From: Nitrospinota bacterium
Lineage (GTDB): Bacteria; UBA8248
Direction: 5' to 3'
NCBI GenBank assembly: GCA_036231405.1
Contig: JAZAHK010000036.1
Location: forward strand, 1-44,555
DNA length: 44,555 nucleotides
Below the pieces are notes generated by a model. That model searched no databases and was not told the DNA's origin. It saw nothing but the letters and a program-made list of their open reading frames with translations. Made by a program: the position numbers and the translations under genes. This document shows positions 1-10,051 of the stretch, piece after piece. The stretch's first letter is position 1. Every line of letters starts with the position of its first letter.

Positions 1-68
1 GCCTTTTGTTATATTTTGAAAGAAATGGTTCTCCATTTTACGTTGGAGTCCAATAGGATGGATTTATT

Positions 69-1019
69 TTGAACGAGATATCTGCAGAAAGTATATCAAA
101 CTTGAATAAGGATATGATTTCCTCTGCACTGGAGATTTGCGAAAAAAATCAAGCCGACGCCATTTTTCTATATGCTGATGCAATCGATAATTTCGATTTT
201 TTTGAAAAATTACCTTCCGGATTTAAAATATTTTTTACTACTTCTTCTTCGGATACATTCAATCTACTCGTTGAAAAAAAGTTCCATGTTTTTCGATTAC
301 CGAAACTCTCTCTCAACAGAGTAGATACTATCAAAATGGGTGTCGTAATTGCCCTAAGTGAAAGTGCAATCACTACAAAAGATACTATAGTTTGTCTTTC
401 AGGACTATCTGCCGAAGAACAATTGGACACCATGATGATTTTTAATCTTGAAAAAGAAGAAGAAATGTTTCAAACATCCTCTTCGCAATCTTCTATAAAA
501 ACAGAGGACCCAAAAGTATTTGAAACAATTCTTTCTCTAACTCTTGAACTCTCCGCTGAAGGTAGAGAAGGAAAACCATGTGGTTCTCTTTTTGTGCTAG
601 GAGACCATGAACTGGTCTTACAGTATTCAAGACAACTTATAATCAATCCATTTCACGGATATCCAGAAGAACAAAGAAATATAATGGACCCTAGTCTCAG
701 AGAAACATTAAAAGAATTTAGTGCCATAGATGGAGCTTTTGTAATCAGAGGAGATGGGATTGTAGAAGCGGCGGGTAGACATCTTAGTGCAGCACCTGAA
801 GAAAATCTTCCTACTGGACTTGGTTCGAGACATATGGCAGCGGCAGGAATAACCCAAGTTAGTTCTGCTACATCCTTTGCGATAAGTGAATCGACAGGAA
901 CAGTAAGCGTCTTTCGAGATGGAAAAATACTTATGCAAATTAGCAAATCTCAACCACAATCTAATTCTCTTTCAAAGAAAAAAAAGACTAAAGTTAATCA
1001 AAAGAAAAATGGGAGATAA
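69..1019 (+). CDS. Diadenylate cyclase (DisA_N/DAC domain), DacZ-like, with soluble N-terminal domain
   Basis: C-terminal half has EGREGKPCGSLFV, KEFSAIDGAFVI (DGA motif), GLGSRHMAAAGIT (RHR-equivalent) and AISES-TG. No transmembrane N-terminus, so not CdaA. TTG start. Confidence 0.88.
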   Translation: MNEISAESISNLNKDMISSALEICEKNQADAIFLYADAIDNFDFFEKLPSGFKIFFTTSSSDTFNLLVEKKFHVFRLPKLSLNRVDTIKMGVVIALSESAITTKDTIVCLSGLSAEEQLDTMMIFNLEKEEEMFQTSSSQSSIKTEDPKVFETILSLTLELSAEGREGKPCGSLFVLGDHELVLQYSRQLIINPFHGYPEEQRNIMDPSLRETLKEFSAIDGAFVIRGDGIVEAAGRHLSAAPEENLPTGLGSRHMAAAGITQVSSATSFAISESTGTVSVFRDGKILMQISKSQPQSNSLSKKKKTKVNQKKNGR

Positions 1020-1021
1020 AA

Positions 1022-1129
1022 ATGATCTATCGGAACCTCTTTGCCTTACTAGCCCTTATTTTTTTATTTATCTTTGGGGCAAGTTCAGTCGTTTTAATTC
1101 TCGATCTAATAGGGATGTCGCCTTTTTAG
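1022..1129 (+). CDS. Small hydrophobic single-pass membrane protein, 35 aa (MIYRNLFALLALIFLFIFGASSVVLILDLIGMSPF), not in ORF track
   Basis: Hand translation. GGGAG at 1011-1015 lies 6 nt before ATG 1022; TAG at 1127-1129; starts just after the cyclase stop and fills the gap. Confidence 0.55.
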   Translation: MIYRNLFALLALIFLFIFGASSVVLILDLIGMSPF

Positions 1130-1157
1130 ATTTGAAATTAGAAAGGTCCATACTGTA

Positions 1158-1922
1158 ATGAACGTTTTTGAACGTTTCACAAACAACCAATTTCTCTCAC
1201 CTATTTCATCAAAAACATTAAAAAAGATTGGGCGCTATTGTGGGCTTAATGATAAAAGCGAAGTACTTGAGGTAGATTGTGGAAAAGGAGGGGTCTCGCT
1301 TGTCCTCGCTCACCTTTTTCATTCACAAATAACTGGAACTGAAAATAGGAGCATCTTCTTAGAAGATGCAAAACGCCATGCACTTTTTGAAGATCTTATT
1401 CATAAAGTAAATTTCATCGAATCTGATATTAAAAATTTACCATTTGATGAAAAATTTTTTGACCTTACACTTTATCTTTCTCCTCCCATTCCTTGTGAAA
1501 TTAATAAATTTTTAGTAAATATTGCTCCTTTCACAGTTGATCATGGTTGGATTGCAATTTCTAAGATTATCCTTAAGGATAAAATTAACTTTAATAGAAA
1601 AGAAAATTTCAAAACATGGGTGGAAAGTTTTAAAGAAAATGACGAACTTAGAACTTTAGACGAGTCTATAAAGTTTTTTGAAGAATTAGGATTTTCGGTG
1701 AAAGAAAATTTCCTGGAAGACAATAAAAGTTGGGACGATTTTTATTCTTCTCAGGCACTTACTCTTTTAGAAAAGAAGAGTGAAAACAGTATTTCGATTC
1801 AGGAAAAAAAGTCCTTTGACAAATGGAAAAAGGAATTAGAAATGTATCACAGCGGTGGCGGAAAAGAATCCCTTGAATACGTTACTTTTTTAATGCAAAA
1901 ACATTTAAAAACCTCGTACTGA
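1158..1922 (+). CDS. Class I SAM-dependent methyltransferase
   Basis: Motif I-like [10 protein letters not shown], acidic residue after beta2 (ITGTE), [11 protein letters not shown] motif. Confidence 0.8.
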   Translation: MNVFERFTNNQFLSPISSKTLKKIGRYCGLNDKSEVLEVDCGKGGVSLVLAHLFHSQITGTENRSIFLEDAKRHALFEDLIHKVNFIESDIKNLPFDEKFFDLTLYLSPPIPCEINKFLVNIAPFTVDHGWIAISKIILKDKINFNRKENFKTWVESFKENDELRTLDESIKFFEELGFSVKENFLEDNKSWDDFYSSQALTLLEKKSENSISIQEKKSFDKWKKELEMYHSGGGKESLEYVTFLMQKHLKTSY

Positions 1923-1939
1923 TCATAACTGGAACTTTC

Positions 1940-3412
1940 ATGAAAGAACTTTTGTCATTTTCTATAGCAGAACTTAGCGTAAGACTTAAAGATCGTTCTT
2001 TATCCTCTGAAGAAGTAACAAAAACATATTTAGAAAGAATCAAAGAAACAGAAGATAGGGTACATGCTTATTTAACTGTTCTCGAAGATGATGCAATCAA
2101 ATCCGCACGGATTGCTGATAAAAATTTCAAAAAAAACGACATTTCCTCTCCCCTTCAGGGTATTCCTATTGCAATTAAAGACCTACTATGCATGAAGGGA
2201 ACAAAAACAACGGCAGGGTCAAAAATTTTAGAAAACTTTACTTCACCTTATGATGCTACTGCAGTTTCAAAACTTAAAGATGCAGGAGCTGTAATTTTAG
2301 GTAAATTAAACATGGACGAATTTGCGATGGGGTCTTCATGCGAACATAGCGCATTCGGACCTACGCATAATCCATGGAAACTTGATTCGGTTCCAGGAGG
2401 AAGTAGTGGCGGATCCGCTGCATCTGTAGCCGCACATTCTTGCATTGCATCCCTTGGTTCAGATACTGGAGGGTCTATCAGACAACCAGCTGCATGTTGT
2501 GGGGTTGTCGGCATGAAACCTACTTATGGCAGAGTTTCAAGATATGGTCTTATAGCATTTGCAAGTTCGTTAGACCAAATCGGACCTCTTACAAGGAACG
2601 TAGAAGATTGTGCAATCATTCTATCAATCATCTCTGGCCATGATTCGAAAGATTCCACTTCATCTAAAGAACAAGTCCCTAATTTTTTAGAAAAAATCGA
2701 CCATGGAATTGAGGGAATGAAGATAGGCATTCCCGATGAGTACTTTATTGATGGAATGGATCCTGAGATTAAACAGGCAACCAATGATGCTATTAAAACT
2801 ATGGAAAATCTTGGAGCAGAAATCATTAATATTTCTCTGCCACACACAAAATACGCACTACCCATTTACTACATTATCGCTCCTGCTGAAGCCAGTAGTA
2901 ATTTATCTCGGTATGACGGGGTTAGATACGGTGTAAGAAAAGAAGGAGAATCAGAATATGGACCCTTATTCGGAATGTATTCCGCCAGCAGAGATGAAGG
3001 ATTTGGAAAAGAAGTAAAAAGACGAATCATGTTAGGTACTTATGCGTTATCTTCAGGATATTATGATGCTTATTACACAAAAGCCCTTAAGGCAAGAACG
3101 CTTGTTTGCGAAGATTTTATAGAAGCATTTTCAAAAATCGACCTTATTTTATCTGCAACTACCCCAACTCCTGCATTTAAACTTGGTGAAAGATTGAACG
3201 ACCCATTGAGTATGTATCTTTCAGATATTCTTACGATACCGTGCAATATCGCTGGATTGCCTGGAATTAGCATACAAAATGGAATCACGTCATCTGGTCT
3301 TCCCATGGGCCTTCAACTCCTGGGGAAACCTTTCGATGAAGAAGGAATTTTAAAGGCTGCATATGCTTTTGAAAAAGAAACGAAATTTTATTTGAAATCT
3401 AGTTCTCTTTAG
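1940..3412 (+). CDS. gatA: Asp-tRNA(Asn)/Glu-tRNA(Gln) amidotransferase subunit A
   Basis: Amidase signature: [54 protein letters not shown]. Confidence 0.98.
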   Translation: MKELLSFSIAELSVRLKDRSLSSEEVTKTYLERIKETEDRVHAYLTVLEDDAIKSARIADKNFKKNDISSPLQGIPIAIKDLLCMKGTKTTAGSKILENFTSPYDATAVSKLKDAGAVILGKLNMDEFAMGSSCEHSAFGPTHNPWKLDSVPGGSSGGSAASVAAHSCIASLGSDTGGSIRQPAACCGVVGMKPTYGRVSRYGLIAFASSLDQIGPLTRNVEDCAIILSIISGHDSKDSTSSKEQVPNFLEKIDHGIEGMKIGIPDEYFIDGMDPEIKQATNDAIKTMENLGAEIINISLPHTKYALPIYYIIAPAEASSNLSRYDGVRYGVRKEGESEYGPLFGMYSASRDEGFGKEVKRRIMLGTYALSSGYYDAYYTKALKARTLVCEDFIEAFSKIDLILSATTPTPAFKLGERLNDPLSMYLSDILTIPCNIAGLPGISIQNGITSSGLPMGLQLLGKPFDEEGILKAAYAFEKETKFYLKSSSL

Positions 3413-3413
3413 G

Positions 3414-4877
3414 ATGAAAGGAAAATCTTTGAAATTTGAAACTGTAATAGGGCTTGAGGTACATGCCCAACTTAAGACAAATAGTAAAATCTTTTGCGGA
3501 TCTGACGCATCTTTTGGGGCAAATCCAAATGAGAATACATGCACAATAGACTTAGGATTACCTGGTGTGCTTCCTGTTCTAAATAAAAGAGTAGTTGAAA
3601 ATTCAATAAAACTAGGTTTGGCAGTTGGAGCAAAAATTTCAGAACACTGCCGGTTCGCGAGAAAACATTATTTTTACCCTGATCTACCTAAAGGGTATCA
3701 AATAAGTCAATACGAAAATCCTATCTGCGAAGGAGGACAGGTCTCATTTCTAACAAAAAAAAATGAAAAAATTATTATTGGGCTCACTAGAATTCATATG
3801 GAAGAAGACGCAGGAAAATTAACACATGATGATGAATCGTTAAAAAGTATAGGTTCTCTAGTGGATTTTAATCGTGCTGGAGTTCCTTTGTTAGAAATCG
3901 TCTCAGAACCAGAACTAAGGAGTCCAGAAGATGCAGAACTGTATGCAAGAAAATTGAGAACATTAGTGAGATATCTAGATATCTGTGATGGAAATATGCA
4001 AGAGGGTAGTCTTAGATGTGATGCGAATATTTCTCTACGAAAACCAGGGGAAGAATCATTTGGATCAAAAGTTGAAATTAAAAACGTTAACTCTTTTAGA
4101 AGTCTCAGGAAGGCTTTAGAGTTTGAAGAGTTAAGACAAGCTGAACTTCTTGAAGAGGAGAAATCTATTTTACAAGAGACTAGACTTTGGGACGAATCTT
4201 CTGGTGTTACTAGAAGTATGAGAACAAAGGAATATGCTCATGATTACCGTTATTTCCCTGATCCCGATCTAGTTCCTTTAGAAATAGATAAAGAATGGAT
4301 CTCAAAAATAGAAAAAACATTGCCAGAATTACCGGATACAAAAAGAGAAAGATTTGTAAGCAACTACAAACTACCTCTTTATGATTCGGAAGTCTTAACT
4401 TCCGAATCTGCAATCGCTGATTACTTCGAAAAAACAGTAAAATCATTCGATCCTGAAGACGCAAAAATAGTAAGTAATTGGGTCATGGGAGATATTTTTG
4501 GACTATTAAATGAAAAAAAGATTTCTATTGAAGACTGTCCAGTAACACCCGCGAATTTGGCGGAAATGATTTCTCTAATCATGGATGGAACAATCAACAG
4601 GAAAATAGCAAAGGAAGTTTTTGGTGAAATGGCACAATCAGGAACCAGTGCACAAAAAATTGTAGTTGAAAAGGGATTAAAACAAATCTCAGATGTAAAT
4701 TCTTTGGAAGAAGTTGTGACTAAAATACTCAATGAGAACCCTGAAGAAGTGAAAGCATATAAAGGTGGAAAACGAAAACTGTTAGGTTTTTTCGTTGGTC
4801 AGATAATGAAAGAAACTCAAAGTAAAGCAAATCCAAAGTCATTGCAAAAAATTTTGAAAAAAAAATTATCAGAATAA
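3414..4877 (+). CDS. gatB: Asp-tRNA(Asn)/Glu-tRNA(Gln) amidotransferase subunit B
   Basis: VIGLEVHAQL, YFYPDLPKGYQISQ, HMEEDAGK, RCDANIS, DYRYFPDPDL, C-terminal Yqey-like GFFVGQIMK. Confidence 0.98.
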   Translation: MKGKSLKFETVIGLEVHAQLKTNSKIFCGSDASFGANPNENTCTIDLGLPGVLPVLNKRVVENSIKLGLAVGAKISEHCRFARKHYFYPDLPKGYQISQYENPICEGGQVSFLTKKNEKIIIGLTRIHMEEDAGKLTHDDESLKSIGSLVDFNRAGVPLLEIVSEPELRSPEDAELYARKLRTLVRYLDICDGNMQEGSLRCDANISLRKPGEESFGSKVEIKNVNSFRSLRKALEFEELRQAELLEEEKSILQETRLWDESSGVTRSMRTKEYAHDYRYFPDPDLVPLEIDKEWISKIEKTLPELPDTKRERFVSNYKLPLYDSEVLTSESAIADYFEKTVKSFDPEDAKIVSNWVMGDIFGLLNEKKISIEDCPVTPANLAEMISLIMDGTINRKIAKEVFGEMAQSGTSAQKIVVEKGLKQISDVNSLEEVVTKILNENPEEVKAYKGGKRKLLGFFVGQIMKETQSKANPKSLQKILKKKLSE

Positions 4878-4887
4878 GATAAACAAG

Positions 4888-5400
4888 TCAGTCCAGTTTT
4901 CGTAAGTGGATCCAACGTTTTTTATTAGACTCATATCCCCATTCCATTTGACCAGAATGGAAAACAACGGCGTCTTTGCTATTGATATAATTACAAGGCA
5001 TGGACTGTAAATTATAGTAGATCATATACTGTGGGGAAAATCTTTTAGAAACACTTCTACTCCTATACGCTATAGGACAAAAAAATCTCCTTTCTAATAA
5101 GGATACTTCCATAATCAACCTACTCACTTCATTGTCTTTGAGCCATTTTGTAATGTTATTGTCATATTTTTTCGTGACTTGTTCTACATGTTCATCCACG
5201 TAGAAAGATTCAAGTACTAGGTCAACATCTTCTCTACCAATCATCACTGCATAGGACCTCAAAACCTTACTTAAACTATCAATATTCGCAAATTGACGAT
5301 TTGTTAAATGGTTGGGAATACAAGAGACGAGTAAAAATAAAAAAAGTAGATAAATAAACTTTCTAAATTGATTCTTAAATATCAAAAAGATAAAGTTCAT
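4888..5400 (-). CDS. Hypothetical lipoprotein
   Basis: Basic N-region, hydrophobic stretch and LLVS-C lipobox. ATG at 5400 preferred over the upstream TTG. No family recognised. Confidence 0.6.
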   Translation of the reverse strand: MNFIFLIFKNQFRKFIYLLFLFLLVSCIPNHLTNRQFANIDSLSKVLRSYAVMIGREDVDLVLESFYVDEHVEQVTKKYDNNITKWLKDNEVSRLIMEVSLLERRFFCPIAYRSRSVSKRFSPQYMIYYNLQSMPCNYINSKDAVVFHSGQMEWGYESNKKRWIHLRKLD

Positions 5401-5461
5401 TGTCGTTTCCAAGACTTATATTTACAAAAAAGATGCTATAAATAATTATACAGGAGCAGGG

Positions 5462-6454
5462 ATGCATTCGAAACCGAAACTTTTAATTGCTGACAGTGCA
5501 TCAGGAAAATTCTTACAAAGAGTTTTGGATAGGGTTGACAAAAATTCTTTTGAAATTTCATATCCTGAAACTGAAAATGAAGATTCTTTAATCGAATTAG
5601 CTGAAAACGTAGATGCTATTTTATGTTATCAAGCAAACATTTCTCATAAAGTAATCTCAAATTCTAAATCTTTAAAATTCATACAAAAACATGGATTAAA
5701 TTGCAAAAATATAGATTTGGATTCTGCTCGTAAAAAAAAAATAACAATTTCAACCCAAACACTTCTTAGAAACGTTACCGTAGCAGAACAAGCGTTTTCT
5801 CTTATCATTGCTTGCGCAAGAAAACTAATTCCAGGACATGAAAGCGTTAAAAATGCTGTATACCTTCAAAAAGGTATTGAACCAATTAAAACTAGCCAAT
5901 GGAATATTCGACCAAACTGGCCTAATTTAGAAGGTATATCAGAAGTCTATGGATCAAGTGTAGGTATTATTGGCCTTGGAGATATAGGAATGGAAATAGC
6001 AGCAAGATGCAACGCCTTTGGGATGGATATTTATTACTACCAAAGAACAAGACATAATAGCGAAACTGAAACCATTTACTCTGCTACTTTTGCTACTTTT
6101 GATGATTTGATTCAAAAAGTTGATTATCTTGTCCTAGTAATTCCGCATACAAAAGAAACGGAAGGATTGATTGGAGAAAGAGAACTCTCACTTATGAAAA
6201 AAAGTGCTACCTTGATAAATGTTGGTCGAGGGGGATTGATAAAAGAAACTAATCTTATTGAAGCACTACAAAAAAAGGAGATTAAAATGGCTGGGCTTGA
6301 TGTCTACGAAACAGAACCACTACCTCAATCGAGTCCTCTCATAGATCTAGACAATGTAGTATTACTTCCGCATACTGGCGCAGGCTCTAACAAACATTGG
6401 GACATCGACATCTCAGCATCTCTTGAAAAAATAAAATATTTCTTTAATAACTAA
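5462..6454 (+). CDS. D-isomer-specific 2-hydroxyacid dehydrogenase (NAD-binding)
   Basis: GIIGLGDIG, INVGRG, LDVYETEP, LPHTG catalytic motifs; AGGAG RBS. Confidence 0.92.
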   Translation: MHSKPKLLIADSASGKFLQRVLDRVDKNSFEISYPETENEDSLIELAENVDAILCYQANISHKVISNSKSLKFIQKHGLNCKNIDLDSARKKKITISTQTLLRNVTVAEQAFSLIIACARKLIPGHESVKNAVYLQKGIEPIKTSQWNIRPNWPNLEGISEVYGSSVGIIGLGDIGMEIAARCNAFGMDIYYYQRTRHNSETETIYSATFATFDDLIQKVDYLVLVIPHTKETEGLIGERELSLMKKSATLINVGRGGLIKETNLIEALQKKEIKMAGLDVYETEPLPQSSPLIDLDNVVLLPHTGAGSNKHWDIDISASLEKIKYFFNN

Positions 6455-6466
6455 ATCTATAAGATT

Positions 6467-6880
6467 TTAATCACTTTTTTTGTACTCAATTAATTCAATA
6501 GCAAGTCCACCAGTAGTTTTTTTATCGGTAAAAGTTATGAATCCTCCTCGAGAACCATATCTTGGAGGTTCAACTAAAAACTTCACTCCTTTCAACTTCC
6601 ATTCAACCATAGTAGATTCAAGGTCTTTAACTTTAAAACAAAGATGGTGAAATCCCTCTCCATGGGTTTTAATATATTCATTGATGGCCGCATTAGGATT
6701 ATCAACTTCTACGAGTTCAATTACTCCATTTTTCGTCTCGTAAAAGTCTAGCTTTGATATTCCTTCATCCCTTTCATAGACAATTCTTTCAAGAAAATTA
6801 AATCCTAGTAAATCGTTCATTAGAGTTTTTTTTTCATCTGCATTACTTACCGCATACCCCAGATGATCTATTTCAAACAT
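6467..6880 (-). CDS. VOC family protein, methylmalonyl-CoA epimerase-like
   Basis: IDHLGYAV, IELVE, GEGFHHLCFKV, GGLAIELIE metal-binding pattern. Confidence 0.8.
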   Translation of the reverse strand: MFEIDHLGYAVSNADEKKTLMNDLLGFNFLERIVYERDEGISKLDFYETKNGVIELVEVDNPNAAINEYIKTHGEGFHHLCFKVKDLESTMVEWKLKGVKFLVEPPRYGSRGGFITFTDKKTTGGLAIELIEYKKSD

Positions 6881-7007
6881 AAGTTCCTCCAGATTAATAA
6901 AAAAGTAAGATGCAAATTCAATTCTGTTCTAAATTGTGAAAATATTCACCTTAGATATTCTTAAAAACTAAACTAATTCGAAGTTTGAGAAATGTGGAAA
7001 TAAAAAA

Positions 7008-7892
7008 GTGAAAAATTTTTTGTACATTTTGAACGTAACCTTACCGGTTATTCTTCTATTAGTAATTGGTTTTTTATACGGTTACAGGAAAAAGATAAAT
7101 CCTAAAACCCTCACTGATCTAGTTTTATTTCTTTTTGCGCCGGCTCTAATTTTCCATACTCTTTCTACACAAAATCTTGAAATAAGAGATATCTTTAAAA
7201 TATGTATTTTTTCACTTTCAATTCTTATTATCCCCGGAGTTATTGCTGCATTAATAAAATTTTTCCTAAAAATAAAAATCATTGTTTTCGTCCCTTCAAT
7301 TATGATTATGAATTCCGTTTCACTTCCATTTCCCCTTGCTTTTCTCGCTTTTGGGGAAGAAGGACTTTCACAAGTTGTTCTTTTATCTATCCCACAGATT
7401 TTTGTGACTTTCACGATTGGTATTATCATATACGGAGGAAGATCAAATCTTAAAGAACCTCTTAGAATGCCAGCCTTATACGCATCCATAGTTGGAGTCT
7501 TGATTGCTATTTTTAAATTTCCAGTCCCTGTCTTTATTGAGAAATTTGCCCAAATGACAGGGCGTGGTATGTTTCCACTCGAACTTTTTGCTTTAGGATA
7601 CAGGCTTCGCGATATAAGAACTTCAGACTTTAAAATCAGTCTATTTGTTTCTTTGCTTCGTTTTTCAATAGGGTTCGCTACTGCATTATTACTAACAGAA
7701 CTGTTTGTAACAAATAACATACTGAGAGCTTGTATTTTCTTGGTTTCATGCAGTCCACCTGCAGTTCTAAACTATGTTTTTGCTGAAAGATACACTGATG
7801 AAGGAAGAATCGCTGCATCGATTGTCTTTACTGGAACAATCTTGAGTTTAATTACAACTCCATTATTAATTCTATATTTAAGTCTCACTTAG
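7008..7892 (+). CDS. AEC (auxin efflux carrier) family transporter
   Basis: About 10 hydrophobic segments; PALIF, LFALG, PPAV..YVFAERY, LSLITTP. Confidence 0.88.
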   Translation: MKNFLYILNVTLPVILLLVIGFLYGYRKKINPKTLTDLVLFLFAPALIFHTLSTQNLEIRDIFKICIFSLSILIIPGVIAALIKFFLKIKIIVFVPSIMIMNSVSLPFPLAFLAFGEEGLSQVVLLSIPQIFVTFTIGIIIYGGRSNLKEPLRMPALYASIVGVLIAIFKFPVPVFIEKFAQMTGRGMFPLELFALGYRLRDIRTSDFKISLFVSLLRFSIGFATALLLTELFVTNNILRACIFLVSCSPPAVLNYVFAERYTDEGRIAASIVFTGTILSLITTPLLILYLSLT

Positions 7893-8640
7893 CCTTTGTT
7901 TTTAGCCAACCCCTAATGGAATCAGAAAAAAAATAAATTGCAAAGATAAGAGCAATCGATAAAACTAACAACCATATAAAGACAGAATATTTTTCATCAT
8001 AGAAACTAGCTCCTTGGAAACTTAACATAATAGTTCCTGGAATCCTTCCTAAGAAAGCCAAAAGAGTAAAAGTAATTGAGTTAATAGGACTTAAACCAAG
8101 CAAAAAACACATTATATCCTTTGGAAAACCTGGAATTAGAAATAGGATTAAAACTATAGTCGACCCTTTATTTGTAGTTAAAAATTCAAATTTTCGTAAT
8201 AGATTTACTGAAAAAAACCTTTGAACGTACGAGCGACCAAGAACACGTCCTAGCATGAAAGCCAGCCAACTGCCAATAGTAAGTCCAATTGTGCTGTAAA
8301 TAGAAGATAACCAAACTCCATAAAGATATCCACCTAATAATCCAGTCAACTCTCCAGGAACGGGTGAAAGTATGACCTGAGATATCTGAATGCCAATAAA
8401 AATTAACGGTCCCCAAAAACCAAAAGATGAAATCCATGTACGAATAATTTCTTTATGTTTTTGTAACTCCATAAAATATTCTATCAGTAAAAAAATTTCT
8501 CTTCGAAAAAAAAGAAGACCACTCACTAATAGAATTAGGATTGAGAGAACTAGAAATTTATTTTTCAATTTATTCAAATTTAAAACTCTTAATAGAAAAA
8601 AATTTAAATCAGATAAATCTCTTATTGACAGAATATACAT
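7885..8640 (-). CDS. TVP38/TMEM64 (VTT, DedA superfamily) membrane protein
   Basis: QVILSPVPGE..GLLGGYLYG, LFLIPGFPKD, GRIPG. True start may be downstream. Confidence 0.88.
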   Translation of the reverse strand: MYILSIRDLSDLNFFLLRVLNLNKLKNKFLVLSILILLVSGLLFFRREIFLLIEYFMELQKHKEIIRTWISSFGFWGPLIFIGIQISQVILSPVPGELTGLLGGYLYGVWLSSIYSTIGLTIGSWLAFMLGRVLGRSYVQRFFSVNLLRKFEFLTTNKGSTIVLILFLIPGFPKDIMCFLLGLSPINSITFTLLAFLGRIPGTIMLSFQGASFYDEKYSVFIWLLVLSIALIFAIYFFSDSIRGWLKTKAK

Positions 8641-8728
8641 CGCTATTCAATATCTTTGAAATAACTTTTTTTGATTCTTAACCATTTTTAGTAAAAAACA
8701 AGTTAAATTTTTCGACTTAAGGACCAAA

Positions 8729-9916
8729 ATGACACAATTTTCTTCAAAATCATTACAGGAAGCATGTAGGATACTCTCAAAAAAGCACGGTTTCGAAGTA
8801 TCTGGAATAGCTTCCATTTCTCTAAAAAAGGAGCATCTTCTTTACTTGTCCTGGATAGATAAAGGATACGCAGGTAAAATGGATTATTTGAAGAAAAATT
8901 CGGATTTACGCTCAAATTTAAAGAAACTCTGGCCAGACACAAAATCCGCCCTTGTTGTCGGAATGCAGTATAAATCTAATGAAAAAAAAGCAAATGATTT
9001 ATCTAAAACCAAAGGTAAAATAGCAGAATACGCCCGGGGCGGAGATTATCATAAATTTATAAAAAAAAGACTATTAAGAGTCCTTAAAGATCTGAAAAAA
9101 ATAGACCAAACAATAGAAGGAAGAAGTTTCGTTGATACTGCACCTATTCTTGAAAGAGATCTTGCCGTAAAAGCTGGTTTAGGCTGGAAAGGAAAAAATT
9201 CTTTACTATTAAATAGAGATCTAGGTAGTTACTTCTTTCTAGGAGTGCTTCTTTTAAATAAAGAAATTACAAACCCGAATATATTCGAAGAAAATCACTG
9301 CGGTACATGTAATGAATGTATGGAAGAATGCCCCACAAAAGCTATTGTTGCACCTGAAATTATTGATGCTAGAAGATGTATTTCATATCTAACAATAGAG
9401 CTTCGTGGTCCTATTCCAAGAGATTTAAGATCAATGATGGGGAATCATATTTTTGGTTGTGATATTTGTCAGACAGTATGTCCCTGGAACGAAAAAGCAC
9501 CAGAAACACAACAAAACAGATTTTTACCAAGATCTGTAACTGAAAATACAAATTTAGAAGAACTTGTACAATTAGACGAAAAAAGCTTTCGAGAAAAATT
9601 TCAAGGAACTGCTATTCTCCGTGCACAATATGATGGTTTTTTACGAAATGTTTTAATCGCTATTGGCAATTCTCATAAAAAGGAATACTTAGACATATTA
9701 ACAAAGACTTTAAGGCATCACCGTCCTATCATTAGAGGACATTCTGCGTGGGCTATTGCTGAAATCGTAAAGAAAGAAAATGAGGATTGGGCACGATTTT
9801 CACTAGAGGAAAGATTGTCTGTTGAAAAAGACGAATGGGTGATAGAAGAAATCGAATTGTCTCTTGGTGAAATTTCGAAAAAGAATAAAATGAGTTTTGA
9901 AGCGGAAAACATTTGA
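8729..9916 (+). CDS. queG: tRNA epoxyqueuosine(34) reductase
   Basis: YARGGDYH, VDTAPILER, GWKGKN, CGTCNECMEECPT, RCISYLTIE, GCDICQTVCPWN, HEAT-like C-terminus. Confidence 0.96.
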   Translation: MTQFSSKSLQEACRILSKKHGFEVSGIASISLKKEHLLYLSWIDKGYAGKMDYLKKNSDLRSNLKKLWPDTKSALVVGMQYKSNEKKANDLSKTKGKIAEYARGGDYHKFIKKRLLRVLKDLKKIDQTIEGRSFVDTAPILERDLAVKAGLGWKGKNSLLLNRDLGSYFFLGVLLLNKEITNPNIFEENHCGTCNECMEECPTKAIVAPEIIDARRCISYLTIELRGPIPRDLRSMMGNHIFGCDICQTVCPWNEKAPETQQNRFLPRSVTENTNLEELVQLDEKSFREKFQGTAILRAQYDGFLRNVLIAIGNSHKKEYLDILTKTLRHHRPIIRGHSAWAIAEIVKKENEDWARFSLEERLSVEKDEWVIEEIELSLGEISKKNKMSFEAENI

Positions 9917-10041
9917 ATTATAGACATCTTTCCTCCTCTACATTTCATCTTTTAGAAAATGTCGAACACATGGTCCCGATGGAATTACCCAAAGAAGTGT
10001 CTTTCATTTTAGATGAACTTTTGGAAAGAGTTGGAATGTGA
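9913..10041 (+). pseudogene. Possible C-terminal remnant of an alpha/beta hydrolase
   Basis: Hand translation LNYRHLSSSTFHLLENVEHMVPMELPKEVSFILDELLERVGM* resembles the hydrolase end pattern (strand, G-H-xxxx-E-x-P, helix). The frame is closed by TGA at 9898-9900. Confidence 0.45.
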
Positions 10042-10051
10042 ATATATTAAA

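Noticed and set aside
919-1158. 79-aa ORF bridging the cyclase and the methyltransferase (possible gatC)
   Set aside because: Overlaps the cyclase by about 100 nt and has no GatC features; the 1022-1129 frame has the better RBS.
7082-7720. 212-aa antisense ORF, and other shadows such as 16863-17477, 23105-23509 and 10236-10610
   Set aside because: They lie opposite well-supported genes and show no motifs; typical antisense open frames.
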